The position numbers and the translations under genes are program-made. Positions 25,227-38,974 of a stretch of 64,000 bases of DNA are shown here, piece by piece. The stretch covers positions 9,527,306-9,591,305 of the forward strand of contig NC_057755.1 in assembly GCF_004010195.1 (NCBI RefSeq). Reading direction: 5' to 3'. The notes beneath the pieces are model-generated. The model did no database searches. It saw only the letters and a program-made list of their open reading frames with translations, and was not told where the DNA came from. Numbering within the stretch: position 1 is the stretch's first letter; each line of letters begins with the position of its first letter. Origin of the DNA: Chiloscyllium plagiosum (Eukaryota).

Positions 25227-27918
25227 CAATATCATGGGGGGTAGGTTTGCGAGCACTCTTCGGGGGGGGGGTTTAAACTAATTTGGCAGGGGGATGGGAT
25301 CCGGTCTTGTTGTCCAGCAAGTAGGATAGCTGTTTGTCAGGATGTCTAAGAATGTAGGGAGGCTGTGAAGAAGATAGCACTGACAGGGAATACTTGCGGA
25401 CACAGAGATGGGTTCAAGTGCGTATACTTCAACGCAAGGAGTATCAGAAATAAGGTGGGTGAACTTAAGGCGTGGATCGGTACCTTGGACTCCGATGTTG
25501 TGGCCATCACGGAAACGTGGATAGAAGAGGGACAGGAATGGTTGTTGGAGGTTCCTGGTTAAAGATGTTTCAGTAAGATTAGAGAGGGTGGTAAAAAAAG
25601 AGGGGGGTGGCGTTGCTAATTAGAAATGGTATAACGGCTGCAGAAAGGCAGTTCGAGGGCGATCTGCCTTTGGAGGCCGTATGGGCTGAAGTCAGAAATA
25701 GGAAAGGTGCAGTCACCTTGTTGGGTGTTTACTATAGACCCCACAATGGCAGCAGAGATGTGGAGAAACAGATTGGGAAACAGATTTTGGAAAGGTGCAG
25801 AAGCCACAGGGTAGTAGTCATGGGCGATTTCAACTTCCCAAATATTGATTGGAAGCTCTTTAGATCAAGAAGATTGGACGGGGCGGTGTTTGTGCAGTGT
25901 GTCCAGGAAGCTTTTCTAACACAGTATGTAGATTGTCCGACCAGAGGAGAGGCCATATTGGATTTGGTACTTGGTAACGAACAAGTGATGGGCTTGTTAG
26001 TGGGTGAACACTTTGGTGATGGTGACCACAATTCTGTGACTTTCACCTTGGTTATGGAGAGAGATAGGTGCGCACAACAAGGTAGATTTTATAATTGGGG
26101 GAAGGGAAATTACGATGCTGTAAGGCAGGATTTGAGGAGCATACGTGGGGAGCATAGGCTGTCAGGGAAGGATGTGGAGGAAATGTGGAACTTTTTCAAA
26201 GAGCAGATACGACGTGTCCATGATATGTATGTACCTATCAGGCAGGAAAGAAATGGTCGTGTGAGGGAGCCTTGGTTGACGAGAGAGGTTGAATGTCTGG
26301 TAAAGAGGAAGAAGGAGGCTTACATAAGGTGAGGAAACAGGATTCAGACAGAGCAGTGGAAGGATACAGGATAGCCAGAAGGGACCTGAAGAAAGGGAGT
26401 AGGAGAGCTAAGAGAGGGCATGAAAAATCGTTGGCGGATAGGATCAACCGTTGGCAATGATCTTTTCATCTTCACGGGGGGGGGGGGTGGTACCAGGGGA
26501 CTGGAGAGTGGCGAAAGTTGTGCCCCTGTTCAAAAAAGGGAATTGGGATAATCCTGGGAATTACAGGCCAGTTAGTCTTACTTCGGTGGTAGGCAAAGTA
26601 ATGGAGAGGGTACTGAGGGATAGGATTTATGAGTATCTGGAAAGACACTGCTTGATTAGGGCAGCCAGCACGGATTTGTGAAGGGTAGGCCTTGCCTTAC
26701 AAGTCTTATTGAATTCTTTGAGGAGTTGACCAAGCATGTGGATGAGGGTAGAGCAGTGGATGTAGTATACATGGATTTTAGTAAGACATTGATAAGGTTC
26801 CCCATGGTAGGCTTATGCGGAAAATCAGGAGGCATGGAATAGAGTGAAATTTGGCCAATTGGATAGAAAACTGGCTAACCGGTCAAAGTCCGAGAGTGGT
26901 GGTTGATGGTAAATATTCAGACTGGAGCCCAGTTACAAGTGGAGTTCCGCAGGGTTCAGTTCTGGGTCATCTGCTGTTTGTAATTTTTATTAATGACTTG
27001 GATGAGGGAGTCGAAGGGTGGGTCAGTAAATTTGCAGATGATACGAAGATTGGTGGAGTTGTGGATAGTGAGGAGGGCTGTTGTCGGCTGCAAAGGGACT
27101 TAGATGTGATGCAGAGCTTGGCTGAGGCGTGGCAGATGGAGTTCAACCCTGCCAAGTGTGAGGTTGTCCATTTTGGAAAGACAAATAAGAATGCGGAATA
27201 CAGGGTTAATGGTAGGGTTCTTAGTGAGGTGAAGGAACAGCGGGATCTTGGGGTCTATGTTCAAAGATCTTTGAAAGTTGCCACTCAGGTGGATAGAGCT
27301 TGTAAGAAGGCCTATGGTGTATTAGCATTAATTAGCAGAGGGATTGAATTCAAGAGCCATGAAGTGATGTTGCAACTGTACAGGACCTTGGTTAGGCCAC
27401 ATTTGGAGCACTGTGTGCAGTTCTGGTCGCCTCACTTTAGGAAAGATGTGGAAGCTTTGGAGAGGGTGCAGAGAAGATTTACCAGGATGTTGCCTGGAAT
27501 GGAGAATAGGTCGTACGAGGATAGGTTGAGAGTGCTAGGCCTTTTATCGTTGGAACGGCGAAGGATGAGAGGTGACTTGATAGAGGTTAATATGATGATC
27601 AGAGGAATAGATAGAGTAGACAGTCAGAAACTTTTCCCCCGGATACAACAGAGTGTTACAAGGGGATATAACTTTAAGGTGAAGAGTGGAAGGTATAGGG
27701 GAGATATCAGGGTGGATTCTTTACCCAGAGAGTGGTGGGGGCATGGAATGCGCTGCCTGTGGGAGTGGTAGAGTCAGAATCTTTGTTGACCTTTAAGCGG
27801 CAATTGGATAGGTACATGGATGGGTGCTTAAGCTAGGACAAATGTTCGGCACAACATAGTGGGCCGAAGGGCCTGTTCTGTGCTGTATTGTTCTATGTTC
27901 TATGTTCTATGTTCTATG
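25227..27918 (+). mobile_element. CR1 LINE, relatively young: ORF1 C-terminus, ORF2 (AP endonuclease and RT) with internal deletion, 3' tail
   Basis: YFNARSIRNK, VAITETW, GVYYRP, MGDFNFP, NYRPVSLTS, GVPQGSVLG, FADDTK; tail (tatgttc)n at about 27885..27918; few stops and frameshifts. Confidence 0.95.
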
Positions 27919-28689
27919 CAACTGTTCCCCACATCTACCCTTTTCACTCTCCAGTTCTCTCTTAGAAGAAATATGTTTGTAAACTAAGGCATGACAACAA
28001 ATTTCATGCAAACTTCAGTTGTCGATGTTCAAGGCAAAATAATATTTCTGAGTTTGTGGAGGATTGAAAACACCGAATGCGGAGGATATTATTCGCACAC
28101 ATAAAGAGTTGGTAAGTGAAAAATGTCTATTGATATCGAACTTGATTACTGAAGATTTATGGATCAGGTATGAAAGATCCAGGCTTCCCTGAGTGATGCA
28201 GAAATGAAGTTGGTAGAGATTATCTATTGAAAGTATTTTATGAAATAGCATATCGTGAAATCATCTTAGGTAGAATCTACACATGAATCAGCATTTCATA
28301 AGGACATAGGCGTTATTTACAATCTGAGAGCAAAATATCCAAACGGAATTAGCAAACACAACACGATTGACTGTCAGGTGAACCCGTGAAAAATGCAAGT
28401 GGCCAATATTGTTTTCTTTAATCCTTGTGAACGTTTCCATCACTCTATTCCATAACATTGAAAGGTGAAAAAAGGCTAATTTAAAAAAAAAAGTGACCAT
28501 AGCACGATAACGTTTGGCATTGACGTAGGATTTAAGTGAAAATGACCACTGCACGGACAATTACTGAGAAAGACTGTGTATGCACATAATCAGAATGTCT
28601 GGGAGCAGGGAACAGAAGGCAGACAGAGTTAGCATATTTCTTGCCTCCCAGCCCTCCACCACAAATTTGAGAAACAGTTGAGGCCAGTT

Positions 28690-29590
28690 GAAAACTAATT
28701 ACCGATTTAGCAGTTCTGTTGGGAGATCAGGCTGCAAGTCTTTGTCCTGAAATAGACGCCATGCCTTGGAGATGCTGGTGTTTGACTGGAGTAGACACTG
28801 CGCAACAATCGCTAGACTGGGATGGTCCCGCTCAGTTAGTGAAGACTTCAGTGAACCAGGACTTTTGGCCTCCTCCAAGACAACAACACGGAGTCGTCGA
28901 TCGGACTCTGGTATTACGTTTGGTACCCATGAGGATGTCCTCAACCGGATTTTGGTTTTATCTCACACTGCAGGGGACCCCACTACACCAGAATCTCTCT
29001 CTCTCGCTCTATCTCTCTCACACATACACACACACATCCGCACACACACTCGCACTAACGCACATACAAATAAATGTGGAACCCTTCACACTATCACACA
29101 CTCTCACACTGATACAGATTCTCTCTTATACACACGCTCGCTCAGACACACATATACACACCCACACTCACACTAACACACACACCCTCTCAAAGGCATA
29201 TAGTCCATCATACTTGTGCACAAGCACACACACTCACATACACACATGTATGCTCACACAATCACTCCCTCCCTCTAACACGAACACACAAATATAGGTT
29301 TGTTGGGTGAATATGCATTTGCAGATTTATATTTGCAGACACATTGTATTTTGTTCAAAAAGCATGCAATCTATCCATCGTCAGTCCATGTGACAGTTTA
29401 TAAATTCCTAATTTGGAAATAGAACCAGTCTGACGTGAATTTGGAATATAGTCAGACTCTAATTTCATACATTTGATCCATTTTATGAGCCGAGATGTCA
29501 CATTCTTTTATCGAAGCTTAAGTGATTTCCGCAATGCGACTTGAAAGACGTTCTGGGATTTACATATGAAATCTGCAACACATTCAAATC
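28690..29590 (+). mobile_element. Penelope-like element 3' fragment (GIY-YIG C-terminus, CA-rich spacer, 3' region)
   Basis: SVSEDFSEPG...FGTHEDVLNR resembles Penelope endonuclease C-termini. Confidence 0.6.
28995..29292. repeat. Degenerate (CT)n/(CA)n microsatellite
   Basis: Visible dinucleotide runs. Confidence 0.9.
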
Positions 29591-29683
29591 ATCGCATCAG
29601 TCATGTGACATATTGATCTTTCATGATATATTCTATTATACACACTAGTGATCCGATGAAGGATAAACACTCTAAAATTATGT

Positions 29684-30368
29684 TGTTGCGACATGGCGTG
29701 TACACTCCTGCTTAAATTAAAACCACAGAAAAGATTTATCCAGTGCAGTAATCTGTAAAAATACGAGTGGCCAAGCACTATTTAGAGTAAAAAATAACAA
29801 CTTTATTTCTGGAACTATAACAGAGAATAATTAATGAACAAAGATTTGCATCCTTTCTCTAACATATCTTTAATTTCCCTTCTATAATACTAGTCTGATA
29901 AAACTCCAAATTATGATTTACAAGACAAAACTTGTTATCTCCAAATCAGGCAGCTTTCCATTCTTCTATTTGGAACTTCCTGTGTTTTCTTTTCTCTTAC
30001 TTAGGGATTTCTGCTTCACATGTTACTGATCAAAAATGTACCTTTTTAAGAGAGGTATCTTTCGCAGTTATCCTTTCGACTGTTCATTTTTTCCCCGGCG
30101 TTATACACCCAAAGCATTTGATTATATCATTAGATTTTAAGATTGTCAATATACTCAATTCAAACTTGATTGGAATTTTTTATTGTTCGGTGTAAAATTT
30201 AAACTGATTGGATTAATTTGAATCTGCGTTTTGTCATTTTCAGGCAATGAGCAAATCTAGGTGTTCGAACAAGTGTTGCATTGTTAACTTATTGAGAACA
30301 TTTGGGGCTGTGTCTAGTAGTTCTGCTGTTTTTAACTCTCATTAAAGTACACCCACATCTTCATAACA
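29684..30368 (-). mobile_element. Solo LTR
   Basis: Termini TGTT...AACA; 4-bp flanks atgt/atgc; related copies at 12042 and 35365. Strand is tentative. Confidence 0.7.
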
Positions 30369-30854
30369 ATGCACATCAAAATGTCGCAATGCTATCTGAA
30401 ATTTAACTGAAATAGAAGTTAACTGAACGTCGGGATACACATAGGATCCCCAATGATAATCTGGAGCCTACACATGATTTCAAGTGCTGGCTTCAAGGCC
30501 AGTTGATGTGAATCAACGGACCTTCAGTCGAGACCCAGGACACTGACTGGTGCACGACTCGGTGAGGAATTCTAAGGCCAGGGATAAGACCTTTTCCTTT
30601 TGACCAATGAGGGCATTAGCGCGTCTTTGTGGAAGTAGTTTGTCTAAATATAAGCTGATGCTTTTAGGCAGGATAAACAAGAAAAGGGAATACAGGGTGA
30701 AAGGTCTGGCCATAGGAAACACCAAGGTTCAGGTAAACCTTGGTATGCATGAAGTTATCACAGTTAGATGAGGTGTTTAAGAAGGTGTACGGTAAATTAT
30801 TACTCAAAGCGTAGAGTTTAAGAGCAGGAAGGCTATGCTGGTGCTTGATAGTAG

Positions 30855-31210
30855 AGGCGATGGCATAGTGACGCTGTCCCTTGACTGATAATCAGGAGAC
30901 CCATTAAATATATGGGGACCTGGGTTAGAATCTTGCCGTGGCAGATGGTGGAAATTGCATTCGATAAATATTTGGAATTAAGAGTCTAATGACAAACATG
31001 AATGAATTACCGCAAAAATCCATTTGGGTCACAGATGCCCTTGAGGGAAGGAAGCTGCCATCCTTACCAAATCTGGCCTGCCAATGACTCCAATCCAACA
31101 ACAATGTGGTTGCTTCTTAAGTGCTCTCTCAGACAGTAGGGGTGGACAACCAATGTTTACCTAGCCAGCTATACCCTCATCTTGTGAATGCAAACGGGAT
31201 AATAAAAAAT
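30855..31210 (+). mobile_element. tRNA-derived SINE (SacSINE1/DeuSINE-like)
   Basis: tggcatagtga A-box-like and gggttagaatc B-box-like motifs, body gggaaggaagctgccatccttacc, A-rich tail; related head at about 2150..2245. Confidence 0.6.
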
Positions 31211-31738
31211 ATAATATGTTGCTTACGGCATAACTCGAGTAGTATGTGCAGTTCTGCAGACCTCCAGGTGGTTCTCTTCCAAGCTACACTCCATCCTCAC
31301 TTGGAAATACATCACATTCCTTCACTGTCATTGGATTGAAATTGTGTTAGTCCCTCCCTAATGCCATTGCTGGTCTACTTACAGCAGATGGACTTCAACA
31401 GTTCATGAACTCAGCTCAATACCATTTTCTCGAAGGTGCTACGGGTCCAGACAACGAATGCTGGACATTCAGAGACACATAAGTCACATGACAGAATTTA
31501 AAAAGTCTTGGCTCCTTCGTTCAAAATAATTGGGAATAAACTATTATCAATAAAGAAGAAATGACAAGGACTTCTATAATATTTCCTTTCTACACTGAAT
31601 CGCCAAAGAGTTACAAACTCATACTGGCATACAGCACAGAAACAGACCATTTGGCCCAACCACCCCCATACCAAAAATAATCACAAAACAAAGTTGCTCC
31701 TATCCCATTGTCCGTCCAAATATTTCCTATTCATGTAT

Positions 31739-34700
31739 TGTAAAGATACTGCTCGTTTAACAAAGCTATGATGTCTTTTTTTCAGGGCTTCGTCAACTCA
31801 AAGACTCTGAAAAGCCGTGCCTTGGAAGTTTCTTCGTGCCAGTTTGTTGCATATAATTGGAACAACATCAAATTGGGATGATATGTTGAGTTTTCAGATA
31901 AGTTAAGTTATTGTGATTCTGAACTCTTTTGTTTGCTTTTAATTTGGTCATTTGTTAAAAAAAATGTGTTTTATTTAAAACAAAGTGGTTTGAACAACTG
32001 TATTGCTTCTGGAATAACCGTGTTACATCTGCTTAAAACCACCAGCAAAACGAGGGACTGGGCTCCTTTAATGAAATGCTTTGAGGGGCATAGCCTCGTC
32101 AATTACAGACTGGGGGCTATTTGTGAGATTTGTTCTGTAGTTCCGAATTGAGATTCGGGCTGTTGGACTCTGCGGCAGCGAGTGTTATTAATATATTTTG
32201 TTCTGCGCTTTGAAATCGGTTTATTTAAACAGTTCTTGGGATGAAACTGACTAGTTTCATTACCAAGAGATTTCTGGTATTGGAAGAAGTGATCTTGGAG
32301 GTTTTGCAATCGGTGATTGAGACCAAGCTGCTGACAGGCTGGAGTTGGAGCTGCGTCCTTCCATGAGGAAAGGCAATATAATTACGGCAAGAGCTCAGCC
32401 TTTAAATTTGCTGGAAAGGCCATCAAAATCTTTCGAGATTTGGTAAATTGAATTGAAAATCAAGCTTCTTGAGTTAGAGGCAAATGATAAAGATTTACCA
32501 ACAAGACTGGAGGAAAGAGAAAAATAACAATGAATCGTTTGAGCAGAACAAAAAGAAAGAGAGAGAGCGAGAAGAGCGAGAAAGCGAGAAAGCGAGAAGA
32601 AGAGAGACAGACGGTAGTAAGAAATAGAGGGAATCTGAACTTAAAAATTGGCACTTCGAGCAGAAAATCAGTGATAATGGATGGAGATGAATGCTCAAGT
32701 TTAACTTAATGACGAGGAGAGTGGGGATGAGCAAACACATGGTAGAAAAGGTCTGGTGAGAAACTCTTTAAATATATTCAATCATTGCCAAAATTTGATG
32801 TGAAGGATTTGGAAGGCTTTTCCATCTCATTTCAAAAGATATCTGGACAAATGTGGTGGCAAGTCGCAATGTGGGATTTGTTGATTCAAGCAAAGCCTGT
32901 CGGCAGGGCTTGTGAGGATTTCAAGTCAATATCAGACAAGGTGTTAGTGGCATATGCCGAAGTGAAGAAAGCCATCTTAAATGCATATGAGCTTGCGTCA
33001 GAAGCCGACAGACAACATTTCCCAAATCGAAGGAGGCACCCTGCTCAAACCTACATTGAGTTTGAAAGGATCAAATAACGTAATTTTGATTGGTAGATAA
33101 CAGTATTAAAATAGATCAAACCTATAACGCTCCTGGAAAGAAGATTATTTTGGAGGAACTCAAAAATTCTCTTCCTGATAGAGGAGAAAGTCACTTGGTA
33201 GAGAGGAGATTTAAAAAAAGCAAGATTAGCAGCTGAAATGGCTGATGATTATGAGTTCATCCATCCATCAAAGTTTCACTTCTATTGTCAATTTCAGTCC
33301 ATAAAAGACATAATTTGTGGAAAAGAGAAATCCTGGCGTGAAAAGGGGAAGGTAGATCTAGTTGAATATCCAGAAGGATAACTTACCAAATCGTAAAAAT
33401 GAAACACTTGAAGGAGAAAGAGAAGTTGAAAAGCTCGCGTGTTTTCACTGTACCAAAGTAGGTCACATACAATTTCAAGCGTTGGTAGATTAGGCAATGC
33501 ATTGGGAAGCCGAATGAAGGAAAACAGGATAAGCCAATGAATTGTGTTGGCGTGCTGATGAAAGCATAGTGGAGGCTAGAAAACTGCACCAGAATGTACA
33601 AGCTGGTCAGTGGTTGGTTATGGAGGAAGTGTCAGATCGTCTTAAATCATATATGTGTCATGGTAAAGTTTAATCTCATCAGCCAAGAGCTGATGAGATA
33701 AAGAAGTTAAAACATCAGGAGACGCCTGATCCAGTCATTCTGTGATGTTAAAAAATGGACAGAGATGCAGACTTTAAGACATATTGCCAGAAACGGTGTG
33801 AGTAACAGGAATTCACGGTGAAACAAGAAGTGCTCAATTATCTAAAGTGAGATTGCAGTGTCCATTGAAGAGTGGAGAAGACGTGGTAGGGGAACCGGAC
33901 AAGTGCTCAGCTCCAGTGATACAACTTTTCCCTGCTAATGATATAGATGGTTCGCTTACGGTGTGCTGCCTTCACTGATTGGAAAGTAGTTAGGTACTCA
34001 GGCAACTGAACTATTGCAGGTCACAATCCTAGTATTCGTCCGATCTGTGTGGTAACCAGGTCATAATGTTACCAGTTGATAAAAGAGAGATCAAACAGTA
34101 CGGGGAAAATGTTGAAAAAGAATTAACAGAGACCCTGATTGATTAGGCGGTTGACACTAACCAGACAACACAGCAAACATCTTTTGCTCATATAACTTAA
34201 TTGAGTTGCAGCAAAAGGTGAAACATTTCAAGCAATTGTATCAAAAGGCATACATGAAAATAATCTATATTATCCCTGAATGTTATTATCTTAAAAATAT
34301 TGTCTTAATGCGGAAATGAAGACCATCACATATTCAGGTAAATGAGAAATGGTTGGACGTTCATCACGTCATATTGCCAGTATATTATACAAAGGAAATG
34401 TTGTGAGTTGCGCATCACTCCCATAGGGAATCCTTTAGGAGAGAGAAAAGCTCAAGCTAAAACACAAAGACAGTTTTACTGGCGTGAAGTGCACAAGAAT
34501 GTAGTTGAGTATTGAAACAGATGTCAAACATGTCACGTACTCGGAGAACAATAGGCAGTAAAAACACCTGTACATTTCACACCCTTTTTGCAGTTGAGGA
34601 ACCTTTTAAAAGACTTTAAGACGGCAACATCAAACAAAAAGTAGGAATCAGTTTTTTTCTTAATAATAGTAGATGTATCCACTATATTTCCAGAGGTCAT

Positions 34701-37700
34701 TCCATTATGCCATATCACAACTGAAAGGATAGTCGAGGAATTCCCCAAATCTTTCACGAAATGTGGTCTACCCACCGAGATACAATCAGATCAAGGGTCG
34801 AAATACACAGCAACATTATTCAAAGAAATTAGAGATAGATCCGGATTCAAATAATTTAAATTGACTCCGTAATATCCATAGTCAAAGAGAGAGCTGGAAA
34901 GTTGGTACCCGATTTAAAGGCAATGTTGAGGGCTATAGGAATACTATCCCGATGATTGAGATAGTGGAATTCCTTTTGTGGCTTTTCCGATCAGTGATGC
35001 AACAAATGAATCGATAAACTTCAGTCCATTTGAAGTAGTTTATTTCCACATGAATTGATAGGACCAACCATTAAAGACAAAATGGTAAATCAGAATTCAG
35101 AAACCACACATTTGGACAGTGTGCCAACTTTTCGGAACCGGTTAAATTGAGTTGTGGAGTTATCTAGAAAGCTAGAAAGTATGACAATATACAATGAAAT
35201 AGAAAGCAGACAAAAAATCAAACACACGCAATTTTGCCATCAGATGTGCAGTGTTACGGTTACTTTCAGTGGAAGGTGAATCTCCAAGCTCAATGTTTGG
35301 TGGCCTTTATTAATTCGAAGTGAAATTGAGTGAGTTGAACTATTTAAAAATTATTCCACATAGTTCTGAAATTGAAGATGTGTACAGTGCCTTTAAGAGC
35401 GAATGAATGCAGGCACATGTCATGTGAATGACTCGCCATCTCAGAGTGCACTGGCAAATTGAAAATATGCAACATTTGGCTGTGAGATAAATGTCACAGT
35501 TTGGTTGCTTTTTTCTTAACCGTTTGAATTTATCTAATCAACTTAAATTATGCCCCAGGATACTAAAACACAATCCTGTTGCATTTTCCTGTTTTCATAT
35601 CATCGACCCATCAAAGAATCCTATGTTTGGGGTATAAAAGAAGCAGACATTTTATTTGGCAGAGAGATCGACAAGCTGTCATCGACAGTGACAGACTGCT
35701 ATTTTAAAAAAATCTATTAAAAGAACCTTTTCGATATGAAACATCTCTGTCGCAGAACACCAAAGACGACCCTTGGAGATCTGCAGCGGAAGGAGACCGA
35801 CACGGACGACCAGAGCCACTTTCTGATTTTGAAAATTAGGTTGCAGTGGGGGTTTTATTGGAATAGCATATTATAGAAGGAGAGACAGATAACAAGCATT
35901 TAAGATAAATGAGGCTTACAGTTATAAATAGTTGTTTAATTTTCACTTTGGGAGAAAACGAATACATTGATATTTTTGCTTTAAATAGTGAAAGTTGGGA
36001 GTTCTCTGTCACTCAAAATTTAACACATTATGAGCCAAGGTGAGCTTTACTGGTTGTTTGGTTTGATTACCAGAGGGATTCGCCGCTGTGTCAGAAGCTC
36101 AAAAGAAATCTGACAAGACTTTTTCATTTGAATATGCTCAAAAGTCATTTTCACAGGGAAGGAAAGTAAGATGAGAATGTGGTACTGGTTACAACACAGA
36201 TGCAAGAACCAAGTTCAGAAGATTCTGAAATGGACATTATTCGAATAAATTGGACAACGAGGAAATTGTCAAAAATTTGAATAATTTATTGAGTTACCTT
36301 CCACAGAATAATCGAAACGACTTGAACGAGTTATTGTTATCACATGGGGAGATTTATTGATATAAACTGGCAAGTACTAACCTAATTATGCTTAACGTTG
36401 ATATAGGAAATGCCATTCCAATTAAGCAACATCCTTATAAAACTAGATGGTATCCAGCAGTTATATGTGTACTATCGCACAGTCAATGCAGTTACTAAAA
36501 CTGATGTATATTCGATTCTACATTTGGAAGACTGTGTTGATATGGTTGGAGACGTAACTTATACTTCTGAGTTGGGCTTGCCAGGTACCTTTGTCTCAAA
36601 ATGTGAAGATAATTTCGACTTTCATAACGCCGAATGGACTGTATTTGTTTAAATCATGGCATTGGTATGAAAAATGCCCCAGCCAAATTTCAAAGACAAA
36701 CCAATTAGATCATTGTCAGATTTTCCAACTGTGCTGCACATACAGATGACCTCCTGATATTTATTCACACATGGGAGGACCATTTGCAACAGATTTATTT
36801 GATTGACTTAGGAAGGCAGGCTTGATGACAAACCTCGCCAAAACTGAATTTGCCCATGTTCACGACACCTTCCCTAGCCATGGTTATGGATCTGGACAAA
36901 GGAAACGATGTGCTGCAAAAACAAATGTAATTGGGGCTTTTCCCATAGCATTGGCAAAAAAAGCTGTACTGCGGTTCCTGGGATTGAGTGTACTCTATCG
37001 AAAATTCTTTCCAAATTTTAACTGTGTGACTTGCTCCACTTACTGCATTGCTAAAATAACAGCAAGACATTTCAGTGGGTAACGGACTGTCAGAAGGCAT
37101 TTGACAGCCGGAATGTTATGCTAACCATGTACCAGTATCAGCCACACATATAATTCCACAAAGTAATTCAAAGTGGCGATTGATGCAAGTGATTTAGCTG
37201 TCTATGCTGTGCTCTTGCAAGAAGACAGGGAGCAGATTTTTATTTTTAAATCCTGTCCGGTATTTCTCCAGGAAAGTGAACATTCATTTGTAAATATATT
37301 AGACAGTTGAGATCAGACTTTGAGTTTGGTATTGGCGTTATAACATTTCAATATTTACGTTCCCAGTAACTAACCTGAGATAAGCATATAAACCAATCAT
37401 AACCCATTGAAGTTTATGGAGAAATTTAAGGACAGAAATGCCAGACTGTTTAAATGGAGCTTCTTGTTATAGTCATTCAATTTGAAAATTTACACGTGGC
37501 AGGTGAATAAAATCTGATCACCAATGCTTTGTTGAGATTTGAATGAGAAACAAAGGCTTTCCGTGACGGGACTAAAACAACTGAAACAAATTGTAATTGT
37601 GCATGTTTGCACGTTTAGAGTTGATTCAATATCAATGCGTGTTGGAGAGTGCTAATAGTTGAAGATTAAATGGAATTAAAATGAAACCATCCTTGGGGAT

Positions 37701-38325
37701 TATTTTCTTTTAAAGGGGGAAGCTCTTACAATGCTGCTCCTTTTGCAAGGTTAAGGTGTCCTTGGCTTTTTCCAGGACGTCATAAAAGGCAAAGACTCTG
37801 AAAAGTGTGGACTTGGAAGGTTTTCGGGCCAGTTTGATTATACTAACATATACTGTCTGAGGCAAGAAGCTGTCAAGTTGCAAAACAAAAAACACTTGGA
37901 CAATGAGAGTGGAATGGCCAGTTCTCCCAGCTCAGCTTACCTCTGATTTGTTTTGTTTAACAAGCAGTGGTGTTGTGAAGCTGCTGGATCCAAGACAATC
38001 TGGTCTATGCGGAATCTGTCTCTGTGACTTCTCTTCTGTGACATGTTTTGTATGATTTTACCTTTTTGTTCAAAGGTGTGTTCATGGGGATTGTTTCATG
38101 TATTTGGAACAGCATTATTAATTTAGGATGATCTGTTGTGTTTTCTGATGTTAAGTTATTCTGTAATCTGTTTTCGTTTGTTTGTGTTTCATTTGGTAAT
38201 CTTGTAAATAAACTATGTTTTGTTTGAAACTAAATTGTTTGACTAGCCGCATTCCTGCTAGAATATCCGCGTTACACTGGCTTAAAATAACGAGCAAAGT
38301 CAGGGTCTGGTCTAATATCCCCAAA
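31739..38325 (+). mobile_element. Full-length degenerate Gypsy/Gmr1-like LTR retrotransposon (LTR, gag, PR, IN, RT, RNase H, LTR)
   Basis: 5' LTR 31739..32107 (TG...CA) followed by PBS-like tgggggct; gag (PKFDVKDLEGF...YAEVKKAILNAYEL); zinc knuckle CFHCTKVGH at about 33440; integrase (VDVSTIFPE, IQSDQGS) about 34380..35050; RT (YRTVNAVTKTD, HTDDLLI) about 36400..37000; RNase H to about 37540; polypurine tract aaagggggaag; 3' LTR from about 37724 sharing aaagactctgaaaag...cttggaag. Confidence 0.88.
35365..36097 (+). mobile_element. Solo LTR-like element nested in the Gmr1-like pol
   Basis: Ends match the reverse complement of 29684..30368 (tgaagatgtg...tgtgtcag); pol homology to the 16 kb copy resumes after it. 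Confidence 0.6.
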
Positions 38326-38349
38326 GGTAGTGGGGGGGGGGGGGGGGTA

Positions 38350-38812
38350 TATAACTGTATCCATCCAAATATGCTTTAAACAAAGTCATTGTACCACATC
38401 CACACTTCCTCAGGAAGTTCTTTCCACCCCGACTCACCCTCTGTCTGAAGACAATGTCTCATGTCTTCTTATGTCTATCTCCTCTCATTTCAGATGTGTG
38501 GAAATAGTTTTGCAATTCCCTTTCCAAAGTAAAAGATAGCTCCCATCAACTCTATCTGTACTCCTCATTATTTTATAAACTCATATCAAGTCTTCTATCA
38601 ACCTCTTACATTCCATAAAAAAGTTCCCAGTCAATCCAGCATTTCTTTGTAATTCAAGCCTTCAATACGCAGCAACACCCCAGTAATTCTTTTCTGAACC
38701 CTCTCCAGCTTGATAGTATCCTTCTTTTAACTGGGTGATCAGAACTGGACACAAAATTCCACAGGGCGCCTCACCAATGTCTTGTACAGCCTCAACATAA
38801 CATCCCTACTAC
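38350..38812 (-). mobile_element. CR1 LINE 3' fragment
   Basis: Minus-strand RT C-terminus (cagaactggacacaaaattcc = EFCVQF). Confidence 0.7.
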
Positions 38813-38974
38813 TGTTATGATAAGATTATGAATTTCCAATTTCGCTGCAGGTTGTCAAAACTAAATTAATTGTAGAAAGTTGTCATCCGGAACTGAAATG
38901 AGAGAAACAGAACGGATACCGTTCAAAGATTTGCTTTCCAATGTAGTAGCAAAAAAGCAGCTGCCAAGATAGTG

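Noticed and set aside
25607..27771. Endonuclease and RT ORFs as an active or domesticated gene
   Set aside because: Stops, frameshifts and an internal deletion; an ordinary CR1 copy.
28719..29297. 192-aa and 136-aa His/Thr-rich ORFs
   Set aside because: Read-through of a (CA)n microsatellite and a Penelope remnant.
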